NCBI GenBank assembly: GCA_963758635.1
Contig: CAVWWD010000008.1
Span: 1,120,001-1,184,000 of the forward strand
Length of the DNA stretch: 64,000 nucleotides
Source of the DNA: an uncultured Candidatus Rokubacteria bacterium
GTDB taxonomy: Bacteria; Methylomirabilota; Methylomirabilia; Rokubacteriales; CSP1-6
Reading direction: 5' to 3'
Shown here piece after piece: positions 34,423 to 46,500 of this stretch. Below the pieces are notes generated by a model. The model saw only the letters and a program-made list of their open reading frames with translations, ran no database searches and was not told the origin of the DNA. A program made the translations under genes and the position numbers. Position 1 is the first letter of the stretch, and the number at the start of each line of letters is the position of its first letter.

Positions 34423-34598
34423 GGGAACGGGCCTCCCTCGAAGCGGCAGCTGCCGCCGAACTGATTGTCGCCGTACCACCTGCCGCCCGAGCGGACACAG
34501 TCCGCGTACATTGCCCCTTCCATATCCGTGCGGTCGATCGGCGGCCACGCGCACCCGGCCAGCGTGAGCACCACGGCGAGCCCGAATAGCCAGCGCAT
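34419..34598 (-). CDS. Small lipoprotein, paralog 1 (59 aa, not in ORF track)
   Basis: MRWLFGLAVVLTLAG-CAWPPIDRTDMEGAMYADCVRSGGRWYGDNQFGGSCRFEGGPFP. Confidence 0.7.
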   Translation of the reverse strand: MRWLFGLAVVLTLAGCAWPPIDRTDMEGAMYADCVRSGGRWYGDNQFGGSCRFEGGPFP

Positions 34599-34710
34599 GC
34601 CCTAGGACTACACCCTTGACCGCCCGTCCGCCAGCGGGCTTCACCTGACACCCGCGCCCGCCGGGCACGCGCGACCGAACCGCGGCGGATGCGAGGGGCC
34701 CGGGCCCGCG

Positions 34711-35640
34711 TCAGAAGATCTCGCTGACCGAGCGGCCATCGTGGATGCGCGCGATGGCCTCGGCGAGGAGCGGGCCGACCGAGAGCACCTCGATCTTCGG
34801 CGAAGACATGGCGAGCGGGATGCTGTTGGTGACGAGCAGGCGCTCCATGCGGGAGGCGGCGAGGCGCTCGAAGGCGCGCCCCGAGAGCACGGGGTGCACC
34901 ACCGCCGCCGCCACGCTCCGCGCGCCGTGGGCGAGCAGGAAGTCGGTGGCGCTGAAGAGCGTGCCGCCCGTCGCGATCTCGTCGTCCACCAGCAGGCAGC
35001 GCTTGCCGGCCACGTCGCCGATCACGGCCACCGCCTCCGCGCGCTCGTCGTCGCCCGAGCGCCGCTTGTCGATGATCGCGATCGGCCGGTCGAGCAGCTT
35101 GGCGAACCGGCCCGCGTCCTTGGCCTCGCCCACGTCCGCGGCCACCACCACAACGTCGTCCACCCCGCCCTCGCGCACGCGCGCGCACAGCACCGGAACG
35201 GCGGTGAGCTGGTCGGCCGGCATGGAGAAGAAGCCCTGGATCTGCGGAGAGTGGAGATCCAGCGTCAGCACGCGGTCGGCGCCGGCGGCGGCGAGCAGGT
35301 CGGCCATGAGCCGCGCGGTGATCGCAATGCGCGGCTCGTCCTTCTTGTCGCTGCGCGCGTACGGGAAGTAGGGCAGGACCGCGGTCACCCGCCGCGCCGA
35401 GGAGTGGGTGAGCGCGTCGATCAGGATCAGCAGCTCCACGATGTGTTCGGACAGCGGCGGCGCCGCCGTCTGCACCACGAAGACGTCGTGCTCGCGGACG
35501 TTCTCCTCGATCTTGACCTTCAGGTTCTCGTTGGTGAAGCGAGTGGTCGTGACCACGCCCAGCGGGATCCCCAGGCACTTGCAGATCTCCTGTGCCAACG
35601 CCGGATGCGACGAGCCCGCGAAGACCTTGAGCCCGTCCAT
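34711..35640 (-). CDS. prs: Ribose-phosphate pyrophosphokinase
   Basis: FAGSSHP, LPYFPYARSDKK, LDLHSPQIQGFF, LLVDDEIATGGT. Confidence 0.92.
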   Translation of the reverse strand: MDGLKVFAGSSHPALAQEICKCLGIPLGVVTTTRFTNENLKVKIEENVREHDVFVVQTAAPPLSEHIVELLILIDALTHSSARRVTAVLPYFPYARSDKKDEPRIAITARLMADLLAAAGADRVLTLDLHSPQIQGFFSMPADQLTAVPVLCARVREGGVDDVVVVAADVGEAKDAGRFAKLLDRPIAIIDKRRSGDDERAEAVAVIGDVAGKRCLLVDDEIATGGTLFSATDFLLAHGARSVAAAVVHPVLSGRAFERLAASRMERLLVTNSIPLAMSSPKIEVLSVGPLLAEAIARIHDGRSVSEIF

Positions 35641-35719
35641 CGCTCCCCGATACTCGTCCACCGGCCCACCCCGGTCAAGGCCGCACCGGCCACACCCGAT
35701 ATGGCCACCCGTCGCGCGG

Positions 35720-36667
35720 TCAGTAGCCGCGGCGAGGGTCGACCTGGAACCGGAGGGGGCGGCCGGAGAGGTGGCGCCGGAGGTTCTCGCCGAAGATCGG
35801 CGCGATCTCGATGGGCACACTCGGCCCCGAGATGTGGGGCGTGACGACCACGTTGTCCAGCGTCCAGAAGGGATGGCTCGGGGGGAGGGGCTCGGTGTCG
35901 AACACGTCGAGGATGGCGCCGCCAATGCGCCGGGTGGTGAGCGCCTCGACCAGGGCGGGCTCGTCCACCACCGGGCCGCGCGCCACGTTGATCAGCCAGG
36001 CCGTCGGCTTCATGGCCGCCAGCTCGCGCGCGCCGATGAGCCCGCGCGTGGCCGGCGTGAGCGGCACGGTGAGCACGCAGAAGTCGGCCTCGGACAGCGC
36101 TTCGCGGATGGCCGTGGTGCGGTAGACCGTTCGCGCCGCGCCGAGCCGGCGCCCGCTGCGGCTCACGCCGACCACGTTCATGCCGACGGCGCGCGCCGTC
36201 GCCGCGATGTCGGCGCCGATGTCGCCCAGGCCCACCACGCAGAGCGTCTGCCCGCGCAGCCGCCGCGGGTCCACGGGCCGCCACCGCCGCTCGCGCTGCC
36301 GGGCCCGGAAGCCGTCCATCCCCTGGGCGACCCAGAAGCACCAGCCCAGCGTGTACTCGGCCATCCACGACCCGAAGATGCCCGCCACGCGCGTGACCTT
36401 CACGCGCTTCGGCAGCTCCGGCACGAGCGCGCGCTCCACGCCCGCGCCCATCACCTGGTACCAGCGGAGCCGTTTGGCCTGGGCGAGCAGCGCGGCCGGG
36501 AATCCCCACGCGTAGAGCACCTCGGTGTCGGCGATGAGCGGCGCGGCCTCCTCCGGCGTGGCGCACACGTGCACGGTGACGCCGCGCGGACGCCGGATCA
36601 GCCGCGCGTAGGCGAGGGCCTCCCCCGGCTCGGGATGATAGACGAGGACGCGGCAGGCTCGGGTCAC
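35720..36667 (-). CDS. D-2-hydroxyacid dehydrogenase (GhrA-like)
   Basis: GLGDIG, INVARGPVVDE, LDVFDTEPLP, TPHISG. Confidence 0.88.
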   Translation of the reverse strand: MTRACRVLVYHPEPGEALAYARLIRRPRGVTVHVCATPEEAAPLIADTEVLYAWGFPAALLAQAKRLRWYQVMGAGVERALVPELPKRVKVTRVAGIFGSWMAEYTLGWCFWVAQGMDGFRARQRERRWRPVDPRRLRGQTLCVVGLGDIGADIAATARAVGMNVVGVSRSGRRLGAARTVYRTTAIREALSEADFCVLTVPLTPATRGLIGARELAAMKPTAWLINVARGPVVDEPALVEALTTRRIGGAILDVFDTEPLPPSHPFWTLDNVVVTPHISGPSVPIEIAPIFGENLRRHLSGRPLRFQVDPRRGY

Positions 36668-36819
36668 GTGGCCGGCACGAACGGGGGGCGCGCCTCGAAC
36701 GGTAAGCGGTCCGCGTACGGGAGGCCGACCGCGACGCTCGCGTCCCTGAAGTCCGCCCGGTAGAATCCTCGCACCCGCGGGGCAGTGGCCTCGACGACGA
36801 GGACGCGGGGCGCTCGCAT
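36664..36819 (-). CDS. 51-aa ORF translationally coupled to the dehydrogenase
   Basis: TAGAAT 9 nt before ATG; its TGA overlaps the downstream GTG (GTGA). Confidence 0.35.
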   Translation of the reverse strand: MRAPRVLVVEATAPRVRGFYRADFRDASVAVGLPYADRLPFEARPPFVPAT

Positions 36820-36882
36820 GACGGGCGGATTCTAGCACGCGCGGCTGCGCCCCTCCGGCCCTCGCGCGAAGGAGACGAGCCA

Positions 36883-37266
36883 GTGGGCAGAGACGTGTCG
36901 ACGACGTGGGTGGGCGCGCTGAAGACCGAGGCGCGCGTGGGCACACACCGCGTGCTCTCGGACGAGCCCGTGGAGCACGGAGGGGACGACGCCGGCCCGA
37001 CGCCGGTCGACTACTTGCTCGTGGCGCTGACCGCCTGAATGGTGACCACGGTTCGGCTGTACGCCGAACGCCGGCAGATCGCGCTACACCGCATCGAGGC
37101 GAGGGCCCACCGGGAGCCTCCGTCGGGCAAGATCGCCACGATCGACACGGAGCTCATCCTGGACGGCGACCTCGACGAGGCACAGCGCCAGAAGCTGCAG
37201 GAGGTGGCGGCCCGCTGCCCCGTGACGCGGACGCTGATCGACGGCGTCAGCATCAGGCACGTCTAG
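36883..37266 (+). CDS. OsmC-like selenoprotein (Sec at TGA 37036-37038)
   Basis: RBS AAGGAG; SDEPVEHGGDDAGPTPVDYLLVALTA-U-MVTTVRLYA...AARCPV; the TGA sits where the OsmC first catalytic Cys is expected. Confidence 0.85.
37051..37069 (+). promoter_or_regulatory. Bacterial SECIS-like hairpin
   Basis: GTTCGGC-TGTAC-GCCGAAC, perfect 7-bp stem starting 12 nt after the TGA, GU in the loop. Confidence 0.7.
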
Positions 37267-37433
37267 CCGCGAACGACGGGAGACCGACGCTCAGCGTAGG
37301 CTCTAAGCGTCACCGCGCCGTCCGCCCGCCCGAAGAGGCGCCAGGGAGGCCCGCACGCCAGTTCCTCCTTGGCCATCGCGGTCGTCCGGAGCAGGATCAC
37401 GCCCAATGAAGTCCAGCCAGGGCGGCTGATGGG

Positions 37434-37508
37434 CCGGTGCTTCGAGCTGGGCGCGGAGGACTACCTGTTCAAGCCGGTCAACCCGGTGCTGCTGCGGGCG
37501 CGCGTGGC
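37434..37508 (+). repeat. 75-bp duplicate of 40996-41070
   Basis: 74 of 75 nt identical by direct comparison. Confidence 0.9.
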
Positions 37509-37569
37509 ACCGCATCGGCACATCACCGTCGGCCGACGCGTGCCAGGGCGTTCAGCGACAGGAGATCGC

Positions 37570-40290
<2,721 letters not shown>

Positions 40291-40329
40291 AGGCGCAGAG
40301 CCGCCAGCCGAGACGGCGAGCCCGCCCCC

Positions 40330-40715
40330 TGGACGGACGGCAGGGCCTGGCGCGGCGACGCCACGCCGCCGATCCTCCGCGTCGCGATCGACCAGCTCGT
40401 CGACACCATGGGCGCGCCCTTCGTGGCCGAGCTCATCGACACCTTCGTGGAAGACGGCCGCGCGCTCGTCGCCACGCTCCGGCAGGGCGCGGCGACGAAG
40501 GACGTGGACGCCTTCCGTCGCGCCGCGCACTCCCTCAAGTCGAACGCGCGAGACCCTCGGGGCCGGCCGGCTCGCCGTCCTCGCCCGGGAGCTCGAGGCC
40601 ATGGCCCGGGCGGGAACCCTGGACGGCGTGGACCGAGCGCTCGAGCCGGTCGCCGCGCGAGTACGACGAGGCCGCCCGCGCCCTCGCGGAGGTCCGCCGT
40701 GGCCTCACCGCGTAG
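40330..40715 (+). CDS. HPt domain (frameshifted)
   Basis: FVAELIDTF...[10 protein letters not shown]. Confidence 0.65.
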
Positions 40716-41784
40716 CGTCGAGTCCGGCGACCTCCTCGTCGTCGACGACAACCGCGTCAACCGCCTGCTGCTCGGGCGCGCGCTCGAGCAGCTCGGCCAC
40801 GCCGTCGCGTTCGCCGAGAACGGGCGGCAGGCCCTCGACCTGCTGCGCCGAGCGCCCCGTGGACCTGGTGCTCCTGGACATCGAGATGCCCGAGATGGAC
40901 GGCTACCAGGTGCTGGAGGCCCTGGCCGCCGACCCGCGCCTGCGCGAGGTGCCCGTCGTGATGATGTCCTCGGTCGAGGAGGTGGACAGCGTGGCCCGGT
41001 GCATCGAGCTGGGCGCGGAGGACTACCTGTTCAAGCCGGTCAACCCGGTGCTGCTGCGGGCGCGCGTGGCGGCCAGCCTGGAGAAGAAGCGCCTGCGCGA
41101 CATGCAGCGCGGCGCTGTTCCGGAAGTTCGCCACCGCGGAGGTGGCCGACGAGCTCCTGACGACGGGCCTGGCGCTGGGCGGCAGGCTCTTCCGACCGTT
41201 CGAGCCCGCGCCTTGCCGTGGACGCCAGCGTGATGTTCTCGGACATCCGTGGCTTCACGAGCCTCACGGAGACGCTGCCGCCCGCCCAGACCATCGAGCT
41301 CCTGAACAGCTACTACACGCTCATGTTCGACGCGATCGGCGCGCAGGCCGGCATCGTCAACCAGATGCTGGGCGACGGGCTCATGGCCATCTTCGGGGCG
41401 CCGCTGCCGCGCGCCGATCACCGCGAGCGCGCGGTGCGCGCGGCCCTCGAGATGCTCGACCTCGTGGAGCTCTTCAACCAGGAGCAGGGGCTCCGCGCCC
41501 AGGCGAAGATCCAGATCGGGATCGGCATCGCATCCGGCCCCGTCGTGGCGGGCCTCACCGGCACCGAGCAGCGCGCCACCTACACGTGCGTGGGCGAGAC
41601 CGTGAACCTCGCCGCGCACCTCGAGGCGCACACCAAGGATCTCGGCCGGCCCATCCTGATCGACGAGAACACCCGGAGCGGGCTCGGCGAGAAGCTTCGC
41701 GTGGAGCCGCACGGCCCGGCCCAGTTCAAGCGCAGCCGGAACGCCGTGCAGATCTACTCCGTGCCGCCGGGCCAGGGCGCCTGA
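40699..41784 (+). CDS. Receiver + class III nucleotide cyclase (frameshifted)
   Basis: [46 protein letters not shown]. Confidence 0.7.
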
Positions 41785-41823
41785 CGCCCACGACGCGCGC
41801 GCGCTCGTCGCGGACGGGCGCGG

Positions 41824-42069
41824 TCAGCCGATCGACACGGCCACGCAGGTGGTCGTGCGCGTGACGCCGTCGATGGTCCCGATCGACTCCGTGACGAGCC
41901 CGCCGATGGCGTCGAGCGAGGCGCCCTCCACCACGGCGATGAAGTCGTAGGGCCCGGTGACGGCGTCCATGGCGTCCACGCTCGCCCGGCCGCCCTTGAT
42001 CTTGCCGAGCGCGCGCTTCACCGTCTTCGTCTTCCCGGCCGCCGTCTCGATGAGCACGTAGGCTTTCAT
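41824..42069 (-). CDS. Lrp/AsnC ligand-binding domain protein
   Basis: MKAYVLI...VTGPYDFIA...IDGVTRTTT. Confidence 0.85.
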   Translation of the reverse strand: MKAYVLIETAAGKTKTVKRALGKIKGGRASVDAMDAVTGPYDFIAVVEGASLDAIGGLVTESIGTIDGVTRTTTCVAVSIG

Positions 42070-42121
42070 GGTTCTACTCCTCTCCCCCTCTGCGCCGCGC
42101 GTTCGGCGCGGTCGGTGGCGG

Positions 42122-43045
42122 TCATGCGCGCCGGCCCCGATACCAGAACAGCGCGGCGAGGCCGCCCAGGGCCACGGCGGCCGCCGGCCAGAAGTTCGTC
42201 CGGAACGGAGGCAGCAGCGAGAACGGGGAACGGAGGCTGGCCGGGCGGATGCGCCCGTCGAGCAGGCCGTCGACCACGGCGTGGGCCTCGCGCATCAGCA
42301 CCTCGGCGGCGGCCCGCGCCAGCGCCACGTCGGCGAAGGCGGGATGGCCACGATAGCCCTGCCCCTCGCCGCGGAGCGGATAGTTCGGCCGCAGGCGCTC
42401 CACCATCGAGTAGCGCGCGGGGGCGAGCGAGCGATACTCCGGGTCCACGAGGTCCGGGCGCAGCCACAGCATCAGCAACGTCTCCCAGAGGCCGCCGTGG
42501 GAGTCCTCGGTCATCGCCCGGCGCTCCTCGCCGGTGAGCGTCCGCCCCAGCTCCGCCTCGATGCGCGGCAGGAGGCCTCCGTCCAGGAAGTGCCAGGCGA
42601 GCGCGCCCGAGAGCGACGCCATCGTGATCCGATGCCGGCGGGACACGATGGCCGCGGCCTCCTCGAGGGCCACGAGGTGGCCCGGCCCGCCGTGCCCGTT
42701 GGCGATCAGGATGTAGCGGAAGCCCGAGCGGGCCAGCGAGTCGCCGCAATCGGCCACCACGTCGCGGACCACGCGCTGGCGGACCGTGATGGTGCCGGGG
42801 GCGTCGAAGGCGAAGCTCCCGAGGTGGAGCGTCGGCGCCAGCAGCGCCGTCCAGCCCGGGCGCGAGGCGACCACGCGCTCCGCCACCGACTCCGCCACGT
42901 AGCGGGCGGTGAAGGCGTCCACGCCCACGGGCAGGTGAGGGCCGTGCTGCTCGAGCGGGCTCACGCTCAGGAGGACCACGGTGCGCTCGCGGTCGAGCGC
43001 GTCGAGCGCGCGGGTGGACATCTCCTCGATCCGGTGGACGCTCAA
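42122..43045 (-). CDS. Creatininase/MftE-family amidohydrolase
   Basis: LEQHGPHLPVGVD, PGTI, NGHGG, HGGLWET. Confidence 0.8.
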   Translation of the reverse strand: MSVHRIEEMSTRALDALDRERTVVLLSVSPLEQHGPHLPVGVDAFTARYVAESVAERVVASRPGWTALLAPTLHLGSFAFDAPGTITVRQRVVRDVVADCGDSLARSGFRYILIANGHGGPGHLVALEEAAAIVSRRHRITMASLSGALAWHFLDGGLLPRIEAELGRTLTGEERRAMTEDSHGGLWETLLMLWLRPDLVDPEYRSLAPARYSMVERLRPNYPLRGEGQGYRGHPAFADVALARAAAEVLMREAHAVVDGLLDGRIRPASLRSPFSLLPPFRTNFWPAAAVALGGLAALFWYRGRRA

Positions 43046-44424
43046 AAGCTGCTCCCCTTGGTGGCGGCGAGGTAGTCGTTCTTGGCGCGGTCCAGGTCGT
43101 CCATGATCGCCTGGCGCTCCTCCAGCAGGCGGGTGGCGGCCTGATGCCGCGTGACCGAGAGCGCGCCCAGGCGCAGGTGGGCGCGCAGCCGCCCCGCGCC
43201 GACGAGGTAGCGGTGGGCGAGGATGCCGCTCACGGGCAGGGATAGCAGGAAGAGCGCGGCGACGAGCGGTCCGGCGAAGCGCCAGACCAGCCACGTCTCC
43301 ACGCCCCAGGCGATCGGCAGCGCCACGATGCTCATGAGAAAGCGCGTCGTCGCGTAGTCCGTCTCCTTGCGCGCGATCCGCCGGGCGAGCCAGCGCGGCA
43401 CGAAGAAGGGCAGGGCGTTCACGACCACGCCGTAGGCGAAGATCGGCAGCCCGAGCGTCGACTCCCAGCCGCGCCGGATGCGCTGGCGCGCCCCCGGCCG
43501 CGGGGCGAGGCGCGCCTGGACGGCCACGTCCTTGACGCGATACGCGGCGAGGAGCGCCCGGTACGCGAGGATGCGCTGCCAGAGGCGCTCCACGCGCTCC
43601 GGCTCGCGCTCCTCGAAGTGCGCGGTGGCGCCGGCGATGGCCCGGGAGAGCCGGAAGACGTCGATCTGGCGGGGGGAGAGGCCGCGCTCGTCCTCCAGCT
43701 CACGCACCAGCTCGCTCCGGTACAGGTCCTCGACGGCGCGCACGAAGGCGACGGAGTCCATCCGCTTGACCGAGACCACCTCCGCCTCCATCGCCCACTG
43801 GATGGCGTCGGTGAGCCCGTCCACCGCCTTGCCGGGGTCCTCGCGATACGTCTCGGCGTGCGGGGTCACGGCCAGCGGCTCGCCGAAGGACACCAGCACG
43901 CGCCCCCGGAACGACTTCCGCGCCTCGAAGGTGAGCCCGACCGGGACCAGGACCAGCTGCGCGCCGCGGGCGCCGGGCGCGGCGCGCCGGACCTCGTAGT
44001 CCAGCGCGATGCGCGACGCCCCGGTCTTGATCCGCTGCACGCGCGGCTCGGCATGGGTGGTGCCCTCCGGGTAGATCGCGATCACCTCGCCGCGCTCGAG
44101 CACCTCGAAGCAGGCACGGAAGGCGTCCACGTTCTTGTCCATCTTGTCCGGGTCGTCCTGCCGCCGGTACACGGGAATGGCCCCGCACGCGAGGAGGAAC
44201 CGCCCCACGAGCGCGTTCCTGAAGAGCGCCGCCGTGGCCAGGAAGTGGACGGGCCGGCCGACCACCGCGCCCACGAGGAGCGAGTCGATCAGGTTGTTGG
44301 GATGGTTGGCGCAGAGGAGCACGGGCCCGCGATCGGGCACACGCTCGGGGTGCCGGACGTCCACGGCCTTGAAGAAGAACCAGAGCCAGAAGCGGGCCAC
44401 GGCGCGGACGGCCGAGTACAGCAC
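43042..44424 (-). CDS. Lysophospholipid/glycerol acyltransferase-family membrane protein
   Basis: NHPNNLID, IPVYR, IYPEG; C-terminal TM helices. Confidence 0.85.
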   Translation of the reverse strand: MLYSAVRAVARFWLWFFFKAVDVRHPERVPDRGPVLLCANHPNNLIDSLLVGAVVGRPVHFLATAALFRNALVGRFLLACGAIPVYRRQDDPDKMDKNVDAFRACFEVLERGEVIAIYPEGTTHAEPRVQRIKTGASRIALDYEVRRAAPGARGAQLVLVPVGLTFEARKSFRGRVLVSFGEPLAVTPHAETYREDPGKAVDGLTDAIQWAMEAEVVSVKRMDSVAFVRAVEDLYRSELVRELEDERGLSPRQIDVFRLSRAIAGATAHFEEREPERVERLWQRILAYRALLAAYRVKDVAVQARLAPRPGARQRIRRGWESTLGLPIFAYGVVVNALPFFVPRWLARRIARKETDYATTRFLMSIVALPIAWGVETWLVWRFAGPLVAALFLLSLPVSGILAHRYLVGAGRLRAHLRLGALSVTRHQAATRLLEERQAIMDDLDRAKNDYLAATKGSSF

Positions 44425-44430
44425 CGGGGC

Positions 44431-44829
44431 TCAGTTCCCCAGGAACCGCCGGAGCGTGGACGCGAACGCGGCAGGCCGCTCCACCGGGCGCCCGCCCACG
44501 AAGTCCACGCGCGTGCCGCGCTCGCGCAGGTGGTCCGCGGGATCGAACCGGGCGGTGATCGTGACGCTGTCCGCTCCCGCCCGGAGCTTCAGGCGCTCCC
44601 CGACGCTCTCGTCGCCCAGCCGGGCCACGAGGACGTAGAGCCCGGACGCGTCCGTGGTGCCGGCGTAGGAGAAGCCGGTCTTCTCGCGCGTGAGCTCGAC
44701 GCTCACGCCCGGGCGGGGCTTGCCCGGCGCGTCCTCCAGGTAGCCCAGCACGATGTAGCGGTAGTAGATCTCGTGCTCTGACCGGCCGGGTGATGGGGTC
44801 AGCGACACATACGAAGAATCGGCAAGCAA
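44431..44829 (-). CDS. Hypothetical protein with carboxypeptidase-regulatory-like domain (possibly 5'-truncated)
   Basis: GYLEDAPGKPRPGVSV...TTDASGLY. Confidence 0.5.
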   Translation of the reverse strand: MLADSSYVSLTPSPGRSEHEIYYRYIVLGYLEDAPGKPRPGVSVELTREKTGFSYAGTTDASGLYVLVARLGDESVGERLKLRAGADSVTITARFDPADHLRERGTRVDFVGGRPVERPAAFASTLRRFLGN

Positions 44830-44884
44830 TATCAGATATCTTGATGATTCTGATCATGATGGAGGACGAGAGGCAGCCGGCGAC

Positions 44885-45241
44885 TCAACGTTCGTCCTTC
44901 CCCTCGAGGACGTCCTTGAGCAGGCTCCGATGGCACTCCCGCTCGTCCTTGCAGGCGCAGAGCAGCGTGACCGGCTCGCGGGTGGCCAGCCCGCGGAGCT
45001 GATCGAGCTGCGCCGCCGCGGCCGGCTCGTCGAGGCCCCGGAGGTACCGCCGCTTCCGCTCGGGCCAGGTCACGCGGCCCGCCTTCCAGTCGGCCAGCAG
45101 GGCACGGTCGGCGCCCAGCTCCTTCAGCCAGAGGTCGATCCGGTCCTTGCGGATGCCCCGCGGCCAGAGCCGCATGACGAGCACGCGGAGGCCGTCGTCG
45201 GGCTCCTTCGGGTCGTAGACGCGCTTGAGGGCGACCTTCAC
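44885..45241 (-). CDS. DUF488 (YeaO-like) protein
   Basis: KRVYD...DDGLRVLVMRLWPRGIRK. Confidence 0.8.
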   Translation of the reverse strand: MKVALKRVYDPKEPDDGLRVLVMRLWPRGIRKDRIDLWLKELGADRALLADWKAGRVTWPERKRRYLRGLDEPAAAAQLDQLRGLATREPVTLLCACKDERECHRSLLKDVLEGKDER

Positions 45242-45399
45242 GAACGGCGGGACGCCCGGTCACGGGGAGTAGCAGAGGGAACGCCGGAATGCCGCGGGGG
45301 CCTGCGTGCCGGGCAGGCCGGACGGCGGCGCGAGGGGGGGCGGCATGGCCCGAGGCTAACTCGCGGCCGGAAGCGCCGCAACCGGCCCAGGCCCACCAG

Positions 45400-45938
45400 G
45401 CAGCGCATCCGGCGCCGGCCATCCGGCGCCGCCCGGCGATCAGCGGGCGGGGACGCCTCCGGCGCGGGGCAGGACGCCTGCGCCTCCAGGCGCGTCACCC
45501 GCTGGTCGAGCGTCGCCAGGTCCGCGCGGATCTCCACGTATCGGCGATCGCTCCTTCTCGTCGACCATCTGATGCCTTCGGCGAGAAGCGCCATCCCCGC
45601 CTGCATCCGCTCCATCACCACGTCGAAGTGACGCCGGGTCTCGGCGGCCGACGAGTCGATCTTCGCGTCCAGCCGCGACACCTCGGAGTCGATCTTCGCT
45701 TCCAGCCGCGACACCTCGGACATCGATCTTCGCTTCCAGCCGCGAACCTCGACTTCCGTCCAGCCGCGACCCGGTCGATCCTCGCGTCCAGCCGCGACCC
45801 GGTGTCGATCTTCGCGTCCAACCGCGACCTCGGTCGATCTTCGCCCAGGTCGCTCCGGACCGCGTCGATCCGGGCGCCCAGGTCGGTCCGGACCGAGGCG
45901 AACTGGGCGTCGAGGTAGGAGATCAGCTCGGGATCCAC
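45400..45938 (-). CDS. Coiled-coil protein with 11-aa (33-bp) tandem repeats (frameshifted; 3' end approximate)
   Basis: MDPELISYLDAQF..., repeated SRL(D/E)AKIDxEV units, TRRHFDVVME. Confidence 0.55.
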
Positions 45939-45973
45939 GCGAGCACTGTGACCGGCGGTCACGACGGCGTCAA

Positions 45974-46041
45974 GCGTATCGTTCCGGAGACACCGGTGTG
46001 TATCGGCTCTCAGACACCCGTGTATCGACTCTCAGACACCG
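45974..46041. repeat. Three ~22-bp direct repeats GTGTATCGRCTCTCAGACACC
   Basis: Units at 45974 (diverged), 45998 and 46020. Confidence 0.75.
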
Positions 46042-46388
46042 GCGCCGGTCCGCGGGACCGCTTCCACCACGACGGCGGTGCCGTACGCGAGCACCTCGGT
46101 CACGCCGGCCGCGATCTCGTTGGCGTCGTAGCGCATGCCGATGACCGCGTTGGCGCCCACCTCGCCGGCGTGCCGGAGCATCAGCTCGAACGCCTCCTCG
46201 CGCGCGCGCTCGCAGAGCTCCGTGTACAGGCTGATGTTGCCGCCGATCAGCGTCTGGAGCGAGGCCCCGATGGTGCCGACCACGCTCCGGGAGCGCACGG
46301 TGATGCCGCGCACCACTCCCAGGTTGCTGGTGATGCGGCAGCCCTCGAAGTCGAAGGCGGTGGTCACCCACTGTCGCTGAACGGCCAT
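46032..46388 (-). CDS. YbjQ/UPF0145 family protein
   Basis: [32 protein letters not shown]. Confidence 0.9.
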   Translation of the reverse strand: MAVQRQWVTTAFDFEGCRITSNLGVVRGITVRSRSVVGTIGASLQTLIGGNISLYTELCERAREEAFELMLRHAGEVGANAVIGMRYDANEIAAGVTEVLAYGTAVVVEAVPRTGAGV

Positions 46389-46402
46389 GCGCGTCTCCTC
46401 TC

Positions 46403-46500
46403 CCGGTTGTGACGGAATGCGGATCTCGGCTTCAGCGAGCGGGCTGACACGGTGATTCTGCGGACACGCGGCCTGCCGCTCGTCGTTCATTCACGATCCC
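46403..46500 (-). mobile_element. MITE-like repeat, copy 3
   Basis: CCGGTTGTGACGGAATGCGGATCTCGGC...CGTTCATTCACGATCCC; abuts the TGA of the upstream gene. Confidence 0.7.

Noticed and set aside
45640..46041. Tandem repeats as a CRISPR array
   Set aside because: No unique spacers and no cas genes; the 33-bp units are coding
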